43,022 nt of DNA from an uncultured Bacilli bacterium (GCA_947627845.1 CANQXQ010000002.1:1-43022); one strand, 5' to 3'; numbered from the stretch's first letter, positions 27,468 through 34,699 are shown. The notes: generated by a model not told the origin, from the letters alone. A program made the numbers and translations.

Positions 27468-28628
27468 ATGAAAAAGGAATTAAAAGAAATAAATAATAAA
27501 GAAGTTAATGAAGTTGTATCTTTAACGAAAAAAATCTTAAAATTATTTTATATAGTAATGATTGTAGCCATTGTCCTTTGTGGTACTATCATTCTTGATA
27601 AACTAAATATTTGGCATTTTGCCTTTACATTTCTAAAGGTATTAGCTCCCTTATTTATTGGTTTTGTCATTGCTTGGTTACTTAATCCTCTTGTTACCAA
27701 AATGGCCAAAAAAAAGATTCCCCGCATCTTAGGAAGTTTAATAGTTTATACCATCTTTTTAGCTATTATTTTTGTCTTTTTGCGGTTATTTATACCTACT
27801 TTATATAGTCAAATTAATGATTTAATTGCTAGCTTACCATCGATTGTTGATCATTTTAGTACCTTTGCTGATAATTTTATCAATGAACTATCTATAAGTG
27901 GTATTGATTTAACAGTATTTAAAGATAATTTATTTAGTAGTATTGGTAATTATCTTCTTAATTTAGCCAGTTCTCTACCTAATTCAATTATTAGTATATT
28001 AGGTAGTTTAGTTTCCGGACTTGGAACGGTCTTAATTAGTTTAGTCGTAGGTCTTTATATGTTATTTGACTTTGATGCTATAACGAAACATTTCCTCAAA
28101 CTTGTCCCTAATAAAAATAAGTTTGAAATAGAAGTTTTATTAACTGATATAGGGGTAGAAGTCCGTAAAACTATTTCTGGAACTTTATTAGTCGCACTTA
28201 TGGTCTTTATTTGTGATAGTCTAGGTTTTGCTTTAGTTGGTCTTAATGCCCCTTTATTATTTGGTATGTTCTGTGGTTTAACAGACTTAATTCCTTATAT
28301 TGGGCCTTATATTGGGGGTGCGGCCGCGGTTATAGTTGGCTTTAGTGGAGGCACTATTACTGGTATAGCTGTTTTAATCGTTTGTGTTGTAGTTCAATTA
28401 GTCGAAAATTATATTTTACAACCAGTTGTTATGAGTAAAACTACTAAATTACATCCGGTGACTATTATGATTGGTTTATTAGTATTTGGTCATTATTTTG
28501 GTATTATCGGTATGATTATTGCTACTCCATGTATAGCTCTTTTAAAAGTTATCTTTAAGTTTATTGTTAAAAAGTATAACTTATTTAAAGATGATGAAGT
28601 CTTATTAAAAGAAGTGTTAAAAGATTAA
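27468..28628 (+). CDS. AI-2E family transporter (PerM/YdiK-like permease)
   Basis: About 8 TM segments. The conserved LIPYIGPYIGG and ENYILQP motifs are typical of this family. Confidence 0.8.
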   Translation: MKKELKEINNKEVNEVVSLTKKILKLFYIVMIVAIVLCGTIILDKLNIWHFAFTFLKVLAPLFIGFVIAWLLNPLVTKMAKKKIPRILGSLIVYTIFLAIIFVFLRLFIPTLYSQINDLIASLPSIVDHFSTFADNFINELSISGIDLTVFKDNLFSSIGNYLLNLASSLPNSIISILGSLVSGLGTVLISLVVGLYMLFDFDAITKHFLKLVPNKNKFEIEVLLTDIGVEVRKTISGTLLVALMVFICDSLGFALVGLNAPLLFGMFCGLTDLIPYIGPYIGGAAAVIVGFSGGTITGIAVLIVCVVVQLVENYILQPVVMSKTTKLHPVTIMIGLLVFGHYFGIIGMIIATPCIALLKVIFKFIVKKYNLFKDDEVLLKEVLKD

Positions 28629-28641
28629 AACACTTCTTTTT
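28611..28641 (+). terminator. Hairpin terminator spanning the convergent, overlapping stop codons of the permease and XRE genes
   Basis: Stem GAAGTGTT / AACACTTC, 10-nt loop, then TTTTT. Confidence 0.55.
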
Positions 28642-29077
28642 CTTTGGTTTTATCACATATATAATCAATGGAAATATGAAACTCTTTAGCAAAGCGTTGT
28701 AAATAATAAATACTTATTAATCGTGGTTTAGTTTCATATCTAGAAATAGAATTAGGTGCTACATTGAATTTTTCACCTAAAGTTTTTTGGGTATAACCAA
28801 ATTTTTTTCTTAAATATCTTAAATAAAATACGAGCATTTTATAATTAATTCTTTTATTTACATTAACACATTTTAAATTTTTAGTTATTCCTAGTAATGC
28901 ATTTAAAGATACATCATAAAAATTACTTAAAATATTTAATTCTGCTAAAGTCATAACTCTTAAGCCTGTTTCATAAAGCTTATAAGTATTTACACTTACT
29001 TTTAAAATGTCACTAACATCTTTTTGGGTTAGATTATTTTTAATTCGTAAAGTGCCCATTAACAAATAATTTTGCAT
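28625..29077 (-). CDS. Tandem double-HTH XRE-family transcriptional regulator
   Basis: Two HTH_3-like units (NLTQKDVSDILKVSVNTYKLYETG and GYTQKTLGEKFNVAPNSISRYETK). Divergent from the ABC exporter operon. SD AAAGGAGG. Confidence 0.8.
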   Translation of the reverse strand: MQNYLLMGTLRIKNNLTQKDVSDILKVSVNTYKLYETGLRVMTLAELNILSNFYDVSLNALLGITKNLKCVNVNKRINYKMLVFYLRYLRKKFGYTQKTLGEKFNVAPNSISRYETKPRLISIYYLQRFAKEFHISIDYICDKTKEKEVF

Positions 29078-29127
29078 AAAGCCTCCTTTCTTAAGTTTGC
29101 TATTATAACCATTTATTTTTAAAAATT

Positions 29128-29146
29128 TGTCGAACGGTGTCGCGAA
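29128..29146. promoter_or_regulatory. GC-rich direct repeat TGTCGAA-cgg-TGTCGcgAA in the divergent control region
   Basis: TGTCG at 29128 and 29138, 10 bp apart. This is the only GC-rich patch in the 155-bp intergenic region. The first copy equals the Spo0A-box 7-mer TGTCGAA. Confidence 0.35.
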
Positions 29147-29232
29147 TATGCAAAATGCGATACTAAATTAAGAATTTAAAAGGAAAAACATCATTAAAAG
29201 GTAATAAATAATGGTGAAGGGAGGTAAAAGAA

Positions 29233-31281
29233 ATGCCTAAAATTGAAGTAGTAAAACAACATGATTTAAAAGATTGTGGACCATGTAGTTTATCATGTAT
29301 TATTAAATATTATGGTGGCTATGTTCCCATCGAAAAGATAAGAGAAGATACAAATACTACTGCAAATGGAACCAGTGCTTACCATTTAATTAAAGCTGCT
29401 AAAAATTATGGTTTTGAAGCTTTAGGAGTTAAAGCCTCAAATATAGATGATGATAGAATATACTTACCCTGTATAGCTCATTTAAATTTAGCTAATGGTC
29501 TTAAACATTTTGTAGTTATATATAAAATAAGTAAAGACTTTGTTTATGTAATGGATCCCGCCTCTGGTAAAAAGAAAATAAAGAAAAACGAATTTTTAAA
29601 AATTTGGACTAATGTTTTAATTTTGCTTACACCAGTAAGTGATATATTACATTTTAAAAATAGCATAACAATTGGAAAATTATTTATAAAACTTTTAACC
29701 AAAAATAGAAATCTTTTTTCAAGCATAATCATTTTGAACTTTTTTCTAATGTTTTTTGCTATTTTAAGTAATTTTTATTTTCAAGTAGCCATTTCCAGTA
29801 TTAATAAAGAAACAGATCAAATATTTCTTAAATTAGTTATAATTGTTTTCTTCTTTGTCTTTCTTTTTAAAGTTTTATTTAATTATCTAAAAAATTATTA
29901 TTTAAATTACTTTAATAAAAACATCGATACAGAATTATTTACAAGCTTTTTAGGTCATATATTTCATCTTCCTTTATCGTTTATGCAAAATCGAAGTGTG
30001 GGCGAAATAACTTCTCGCGTTCAAGAATTAAGTGAAATTAAAAGTTTACTTTCAGAAGTATTTACAACCATAATTTTAAATTCGGTTTTGATAATCGGTA
30101 CGATAGTTGCTTTATATTTGATAAATGCTAAACTTTTCTTCTTTCTTTTATTAGTTGTGAGCATTTATCTTATTATTGGTTTAATTTTTAGTAAAGTAAT
30201 TTATGCCCGAGTCAAAGAAAATATTGAAATAAGTACTGAATTTAATACTAATTTAATTGAAAATATTGAAATGAATACTAGTATTAAAAATTTAAACTTA
30301 ATTGATACTTTCTTAAAAAAATTAGAAGCTAAACTAATAGATCTTCTAAAAAATAATTTTTTCTTACAAAAACTCTTTAATAATATTTTATTATCTAAAG
30401 AATTTATTTACGAAATAGGTCTTTATTTAGTCTTAACCTATGGTATTTATCTAATATCAATTGATAAAATGGAGATACTATCTTTAATAACCTTTAATAG
30501 TTTAATTGTCTATTTATTTGAGCCTTTAAAAGAAATACTTGATATTATTCCCAAATATAATTATTTAAAAGCCTCATTTAATAAAATAAGTGAATTTTTA
30601 AATATAAAAGAGGAAGAGTATAATATTGGAATTAATAGTGCCATTAAAACTATCGCCTTTAATAATGTAAACTACTCTTATAATCAAATCCAAAATATTT
30701 TAAATAATATTTCATTAAATATTAATAAAGGAGATAAGGTTCTTTTAACGGGACCCAGTGGAAGTGGTAAAAGTACTATTTGTAAATTAATCTTTAGTTC
30801 ACTTAAAAAATCTTATGATGGAAAAATAACATACAACTTGACGAGTGAAAAAGATTTTAGTTTAAATAGTATTCGCTCTAATATTTTATATATTGGTCAA
30901 GAAGAAAATCTTTTTACCGGAACAATTAAAGACAATATAATCTGTGATCGTAAAGTAAATTCTAAAGATTTATTAAAAATATTAAATATTTGTCACATTG
31001 AAGAAATTATTGAAAAAAGACCCAATCGTCTCGAAACCGTTATTAATGCTAGCTTAAATAATTTAAGTGGTGGGGAAAAGCAACGAATTATTTTAGCTCG
31101 AGGTCTCTTAAAAAAGTGTAATATTATTATTTTAGATGAAGCTCTAAGTGAAGTAGATATCAAATTAGAAAAAGCAATTATAGATAATATTATAACTAAT
31201 TTTAAGGATCAAACTTTAATTTATGTTTCTCATAAAGACGTTAGTGATAAATTTCCTAAAATAATTAAAGTAGGTGAATAA
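29233..31281 (+). CDS. Bacteriocin-type ABC exporter with an N-terminal C39 double-glycine peptidase domain
   Basis: C39 motifs QHDLKDCGPCSL (catalytic Cys), HFVVIY (His) and MDPASG (Asp). Six TM segments. Walker A GPSGSGKST, signature LSGGEKQR, Walker B IIILDEA. Confidence 0.9.
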   Translation: MPKIEVVKQHDLKDCGPCSLSCIIKYYGGYVPIEKIREDTNTTANGTSAYHLIKAAKNYGFEALGVKASNIDDDRIYLPCIAHLNLANGLKHFVVIYKISKDFVYVMDPASGKKKIKKNEFLKIWTNVLILLTPVSDILHFKNSITIGKLFIKLLTKNRNLFSSIIILNFFLMFFAILSNFYFQVAISSINKETDQIFLKLVIIVFFFVFLFKVLFNYLKNYYLNYFNKNIDTELFTSFLGHIFHLPLSFMQNRSVGEITSRVQELSEIKSLLSEVFTTIILNSVLIIGTIVALYLINAKLFFFLLLVVSIYLIIGLIFSKVIYARVKENIEISTEFNTNLIENIEMNTSIKNLNLIDTFLKKLEAKLIDLLKNNFFLQKLFNNILLSKEFIYEIGLYLVLTYGIYLISIDKMEILSLITFNSLIVYLFEPLKEILDIIPKYNYLKASFNKISEFLNIKEEEYNIGINSAIKTIAFNNVNYSYNQIQNILNNISLNINKGDKVLLTGPSGSGKSTICKLIFSSLKKSYDGKITYNLTSEKDFSLNSIRSNILYIGQEENLFTGTIKDNIICDRKVNSKDLLKILNICHIEEIIEKRPNRLETVINASLNNLSGGEKQRIILARGLLKKCNIIILDEALSEVDIKLEKAIIDNIITNFKDQTLIYVSHKDVSDKFPKIIKVGE

Positions 31282-31698
31282 ATGGAAGATATATATAATA
31301 ATAAAACCTCTTTTATTACTCTAAAACCCCTTAAGAAAAAACTTTTAGTATTTATAATTATTATTATTTTATTCTTCTTATTTGGTCTATATTTAATTAT
31401 TACTACTAAAATTTATGACAACTATCAAGCAAAAGGTTATATAACATGTGAAGATACTTGTTATCTTATTACTTATATTCCTAGTGATATTCCCGATAAT
31501 AATATTTATTTTAATAATAAAAGTTATGATTATCAAATTATTAGTAAAGAAATATATTTTGATGAACAAGCGATGAATAGCCTTATAAAACTTACCCTAA
31601 AAGTTTCTCATGATTTTTTAAATAAGGAAATTATTAATCTAAATTTTTATTATAATAAGGAAAGAATTATTACAAAAATAAAAGAAAGAATGTTTTAG
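31282..31698 (+). CDS. Small single-TM accessory protein (miniature HlyD-like adaptor, or immunity protein)
   Basis: Its start abuts the ABC stop (TAAATG). One N-terminal TM segment followed by a roughly 95-aa beta-rich domain. It occupies the position of the accessory protein in class II bacteriocin loci. Confidence 0.5.
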   Translation: MEDIYNNKTSFITLKPLKKKLLVFIIIIILFFLFGLYLIITTKIYDNYQAKGYITCEDTCYLITYIPSDIPDNNIYFNNKSYDYQIISKEIYFDEQAMNSLIKLTLKVSHDFLNKEIINLNFYYNKERIITKIKERMF

Positions 31699-31714
31699 AA
31701 AGGAAGTATATTTT

Positions 31715-31846
31715 ATGGAAAAATTAAGTAGAGACAATCTAATTTCTTGTGCTGGTGGTTGTCTTGCGCTAACTTGTATGATACACAAAATAATTACCAG
31801 TTTAGAAAAACTAGTAATGATTGCTAGAAAGGGGAGAGTTGCTTAA
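31715..31846 (+). CDS. Double-glycine-leader peptide 1 (43 aa): MEKLSRDNLISCAGG / CLALTCMIHKIITSLEKLVMIARKGRVA
   Basis: Not in the ORF track. SD AAAGGAAG lies 8 nt upstream. The leader fits LS..(E/N)L..(I/C).GG. The mature peptide is a cationic amphipathic 28-mer with an N-terminal C-x4-C. Confidence 0.75.
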   Translation: MEKLSRDNLISCAGGCLALTCMIHKIITSLEKLVMIARKGRVA

Positions 31847-31992
31847 TGAATAATCTTACTAAAGAAGATTTAATGACAGTTAATGGTGGTAGTACAGCTT
31901 TATATATTATAGGTTTAGGATTAGCCGCTGTAGGTACATTTGTTGCCTCAGTTATTTATGGCTATATTTATCCTAATAAGTGTAACAACTAA
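31846..31992 (+). CDS. Double-glycine-leader peptide 2 (48 aa): MNNLTKEDLMTVNGG / STALYIIGLGLAAVGTFVASVIYGYIYPNKCNN
   Basis: Its ATG overlaps the peptide 1 stop (TAATG). SD AAAGGGGAG lies 9 nt upstream. The leader fits L...DL..V.GG. The mature 33-mer is hydrophobic, rich in small residues (G/A), and has one Cys. Confidence 0.8.
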   Translation: MNNLTKEDLMTVNGGSTALYIIGLGLAAVGTFVASVIYGYIYPNKCNN

Positions 31993-32147
31993 TGAAAATA
32001 AACGATCAAGAATTAGTCATGATAGTTGGTGGGGGAATTAGTGCAGCCCTAATTACTGCCGTGACTAAAGTATTTACTACCATTATTGAAATAGGCAAAA
32101 TGATTGGTTCTTCTCTCCGTCGAGGCCAAACTAAAAATTATTGCTAG
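31992..32147 (+). CDS. Double-glycine-leader peptide 3 (51 aa): MKINDQELVMIVGG / GISAALITAVTKVFTTIIEIGKMIGSSLRRGQTKNYC
   Basis: Its ATG overlaps the peptide 2 stop (TAATG). The leader fits EL..I.GG. The mature 37-mer is cationic with a C-terminal Cys. A terminator follows directly. Confidence 0.75.
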   Translation: MKINDQELVMIVGGGISAALITAVTKVFTTIIEIGKMIGSSLRRGQTKNYC

Positions 32148-32150
32148 TTG

Positions 32151-32180
32151 AAAAGGGTTTAATAGCCCTTTTTTATTTTC
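32151..32180 (+). terminator. Intrinsic terminator ending the exporter-peptide operon
   Basis: Stem AAAAGGG / CCCTTTT, 8-nt loop, then a T-rich tail TTATTTT. Confidence 0.8.
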
Positions 32181-32219
32181 AAAAAATAAATAATATGCTA
32201 TAATTAAACTGGTGAGATA

Positions 32220-32420
32220 ATGAAAAAAGGTTTTGCTTCCATGTATTTAGTTTATTCGTTTTTTCTTATATTTATTGTCATGATGTTATCTGTTTTAATG
32301 ATTAATAATTACAAAAAAAATTTTTTAAATACTCTTAAAACTGATATCAAAAAAGAATTAACTGGCTATCACTTAGAACTACCTAAGCCAATTGTAAATG
32401 AAGAAAAACCCGAAGAATAA
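32220..32420 (+). CDS. Small single-TM protein (66 aa); candidate immunity protein or orphan ComGG-like protein
   Basis: SD GGTGAG. Own extended -10 (TGcTATAAT, 32196-32204). MKKGFASMYLVYSFFLIFIV... is followed by a charged tail. Confidence 0.5.
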   Translation: MKKGFASMYLVYSFFLIFIVMMLSVLMINNYKKNFLNTLKTDIKKELTGYHLELPKPIVNEEKPEE

Positions 32421-32431
32421 ATGAAATTTAC

Positions 32432-32460
32432 TTGAATAAAGAAAAAAGTGGTGCTATACT
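32432..32460 (+). promoter_or_regulatory. Sigma-A promoter of rpsU-yqeY
   Basis: TTGAAT, 17-nt spacer ending in TGc, TATACT. Confidence 0.65.
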
Positions 32461-32493
32461 ATACATTGATAAATGAAGGGAGGGATTTTATTA

Positions 32494-32682
32494 ATGACAA
32501 AAGTAATAGTTCAAAATGGAAACGTTGATGGTGCGTTAAAGAAATTTAAAGCTAAAGTTGCTCGAAGCGGTGTCCCTTCAGAATTGAAAAAAAGAAAACA
32601 TTATGAAAAACCTGGCGTTCGTCGCAGAAACGAAAAGAAAGAACAAATGCGAAACGCTAAAAAACATCATAATAATTATTAA
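32494..32682 (+). CDS. rpsU: 30S ribosomal protein S21
   Basis: MTKVIVQNGNVDGALKKFK... is typical of S21. ATG 32494 follows SD GAAGGGAGGG; the track's ATG 32473 lies inside the SD. Confidence 0.9.
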   Translation: MTKVIVQNGNVDGALKKFKAKVARSGVPSELKKRKHYEKPGVRRRNEKKEQMRNAKKHHNNY

Positions 32683-32697
32683 AAAGAGGAATAAAAC

Positions 32698-33132
32698 ATG
32701 AATTTAAAAATAGCGGAAGATTTAAAAAATGCCATGAAAAATGGCGATAAATTTAAACTATCAGTAATTAGAATGTTAAAAAGTGCCTTACAACTAGAAC
32801 AAATAAATAAAAAACACGAGCTTACTGATGATGAAGTAATCGCAGTTATAAAAAAACAAGTTAAAATCAGAAAAGATAGTATTGCCGAATATGAAAAATA
32901 TGGTAAAACTGATGCGGTTAAAGATTTAGAACAAGAAATAGCTATTTTAGACCTTTATCTACCTGCCGAGATGAGTGAAGAAGAAGTAAAACAAGCAATT
33001 GATGCCGTCTTTAATGAATTAAAACCAACTAGTATGAAAGATATGGGTGGTATCATGAAAGAATTAAATAATCGGATTACAAATGCAGATATGTCTTTAG
33101 TAAGTCAAATGGTTAAAGAAAGATTAAGCTAG
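32698..33132 (+). CDS. yqeY: GatB/YqeY domain protein
   Basis: LK.AMK..D...L.V.R.L.SA pattern. Conserved rpsU-yqeY pairing. Confidence 0.85.
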   Translation: MNLKIAEDLKNAMKNGDKFKLSVIRMLKSALQLEQINKKHELTDDEVIAVIKKQVKIRKDSIAEYEKYGKTDAVKDLEQEIAILDLYLPAEMSEEEVKQAIDAVFNELKPTSMKDMGGIMKELNNRITNADMSLVSQMVKERLS

Positions 33133-33146
33133 AAATAGCTTTTTTA
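33126..33146 (+). terminator. Intrinsic terminator after yqeY
   Basis: Stem AAGCTA / TAGCTT, loop GAAA, then TTTTT. The stop codon lies inside the stem. Confidence 0.6.
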
Positions 33147-33161
33147 TTTGTACATTTTTTC

Positions 33162-33190
33162 TTGACAAAACCCATATAATATCATATAAT
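33162..33190 (+). promoter_or_regulatory. Sigma-A promoter of infC-rpmI-rplT
   Basis: TTGACA 33162-33167, 17-nt spacer, TATAAT 33185-33190. Confidence 0.7.
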
Positions 33191-33196
33191 TAAAAA

Positions 33197-33336
33197 GAAA
33201 TTTAAAAAGGAAAGCGAAATTTTTTCCACCTGATGAACAAAGTTCATAGGTAAAAAGCCTGTTATAATAATTAAATAAGGTTTTTAGGTGGAATAAATCA
33301 TATTCTACCTTTTTAATTGTATGGAGGTGCTTCAAT
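33197..33336 (+). promoter_or_regulatory. L20-leader-type attenuator upstream of infC
   Basis: About 140-nt untranslated leader. It contains terminator hairpin 33286-33314 and a competing long-range helix (33225-33233 with 33284-33292). Confidence 0.6.
33286..33314 (+). terminator. Leader terminator of the infC operon
   Basis: 9-bp stem AGGTGGAAT / ATTCTACCT (one G-U pair), 7-nt loop, then TTTT. Confidence 0.6.
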
Positions 33337-33867
33337 ATAGCAAGTGCAAATAAAGAATTGTTAATTAATGAACAAATTAAAGTTAGTGAAATGATGGTTA
33401 TTGGACCCAATGGTGAACAAATGGGTCAAAAAGGGTTAAATGATGCTTTAACTTTAGCAAGATATGCCGGATTAGATCTAGTTTTAATGAATGATTCTGG
33501 AAATATGGCTGTTGCCAAAATTATGGATTATAACAAATATCGTTATGAAAGACAAAAGAAATTAAAAGAAGCTCAAAAAAAACAAAGAGAAACTAATAAA
33601 GAATTAAAAGAATATCGTTTGTCTGTAACTATTGATGTTCATGATTTTGAAACTCGGGTTCGTAATGCTAAAGAATACTTAATTAAAGGTCACAAAATTA
33701 AAGCTTTTATTAGATTTAAAGGCCGTCAAATGGCTCGACCAGAATTAGGAAAAGATGTTTTAGAACGTTTTGCTGAGGCCCTAAAAGAAGAAGCCACAAT
33801 TGAATCTTCCCCAAAAATGGATGGAAGACAAATGTATATGCTATTAGCACCAATTAATAATAAGTAG
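33337..33867 (+). CDS. infC: Translation initiation factor IF-3, probable non-canonical ATA start
   Basis: IF3 N- and C-domains (LINEQIKVSEMMVIGPNGEQ, YRLSVTIDVHDFETR). The only strong SD (GGAGGTG, 33323-33329) lies 7 nt before in-frame ATA 33337. The track's TTG 33358 has no SD. Confidence 0.8.
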   Translation: MASANKELLINEQIKVSEMMVIGPNGEQMGQKGLNDALTLARYAGLDLVLMNDSGNMAVAKIMDYNKYRYERQKKLKEAQKKQRETNKELKEYRLSVTIDVHDFETRVRNAKEYLIKGHKIKAFIRFKGRQMARPELGKDVLERFAEALKEEATIESSPKMDGRQMYMLLAPINNK

Positions 33868-33880
33868 GAGGAAAAATAAT

Positions 33881-34075
33881 ATGGCAAAGACTAAACAAAA
33901 AACTCATAAAGCAAGTAGTAAAGTTTTAACAAAAAAGAAAAATGGTACCTTAACTTATAAAAAAGGTAATGGTAACCATAAAACCAATAAAGATTCTTCT
34001 AAGCAAGTTCGTCAAAGAAGAAATAAAGGAATTTTAGGCAAAGGAGAAGCTAGCAGATTAAAATCTGTTATCTAG
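33881..34075 (+). CDS. rpmI: 50S ribosomal protein L35
   Basis: Basic 64-aa protein between infC and rplT. AGGAGG SD. Confidence 0.9.
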   Translation: MAKTKQKTHKASSKVLTKKKNGTLTYKKGNGNHKTNKDSSKQVRQRRNKGILGKGEASRLKSVI

Positions 34076-34084
34076 GAGGGTAAA

Positions 34085-34630
34085 ATGACAAGAGTTAAAG
34101 GTGGAACTGTTTCCAAAACAAGAAGAAGAAAAGTATTAAAAGAAGCTAAAGGTTACTTTGGTAGTAAACATAGATTATATAAAACAGCTCAAGAACAAGT
34201 ATTCCATAGTGGAGCTTATGCCTACCGTGATCGTAAAGCTAATAAAAGAAATTTCCGTAAATTATGGATTACCAGAATTAATGCCGCTTGCCGAGCTAAT
34301 GATATTAGCTATTCTAAATTTATGAATGGTTTATCAAAAGCTGGTGTGGAAATTAATCGTAAAGTATTAAGTGAAATGGCTATTAATGATGCTCAAGGAT
34401 TTGCTAATCTAGTTAAAATTAGTAAAGATGCCTTAAATGGTAAAGCTACTAAACCTGCTAAAGATACTGCCAAAAAAGAAGAACAAGTAGCCCCTAAAGC
34501 TGTTAAAGAAACTAAAAAAGTTGATTATAGCACAATGACTTTAACTGAACTTAAAAATGTTGCTAAAGAACAAGGCATTAAAGGCTATTCAACTATGAAA
34601 AAAGAAGAATTATTAAATAATTTAAAATAA
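34085..34630 (+). CDS. rplT: 50S ribosomal protein L20 with a roughly 60-aa C-terminal extension
   Basis: Canonical L20 core ([26 protein letters not shown]) to about aa 118. A Lys/Ala-rich linker and the same HeH-like module found on S2 follow. Confidence 0.95.
   Translation: MTRVKGGTVSKTRRRKVLKEAKGYFGSKHRLYKTAQEQVFHSGAYAYRDRKANKRNFRKLWITRINAACRANDISYSKFMNGLSKAGVEINRKVLSEMAINDAQGFANLVKISKDALNGKATKPAKDTAKKEEQVAPKAVKETKKVDYSTMTLTELKNVAKEQGIKGYSTMKKEELLNNLK
34535..34630 (+). repeat. Copy 2 of the 96-nt module, encoding [31 protein letters not shown]
   Basis: About 85 of 96 nt are identical to 25163-25258 by hand alignment. Confidence 0.85.
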
Positions 34631-34652
34631 GACTAAAATTAGTCTTTTTTTC
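34629..34652 (+). terminator. Intrinsic terminator after rplT
   Basis: Stem AAGACTA / TAGTCTT, loop AAAT, then TTTTTT. Confidence 0.75.
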
Positions 34653-34699
34653 TTCTTTTTTTAAGTAATTAATGTTATAATTTGAGATAGGTGATTTAG

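Noticed and set aside
29544-29732. Minus-strand ORF inside the ABC exporter
   Set aside because: Shadow ORF.
33144-33410. Minus-strand 88-aa ORF over the infC promoter, leader and start
   Set aside because: A consensus promoter, a structured leader with terminator, and the infC 5' end better explain this region. No SD on the minus strand.
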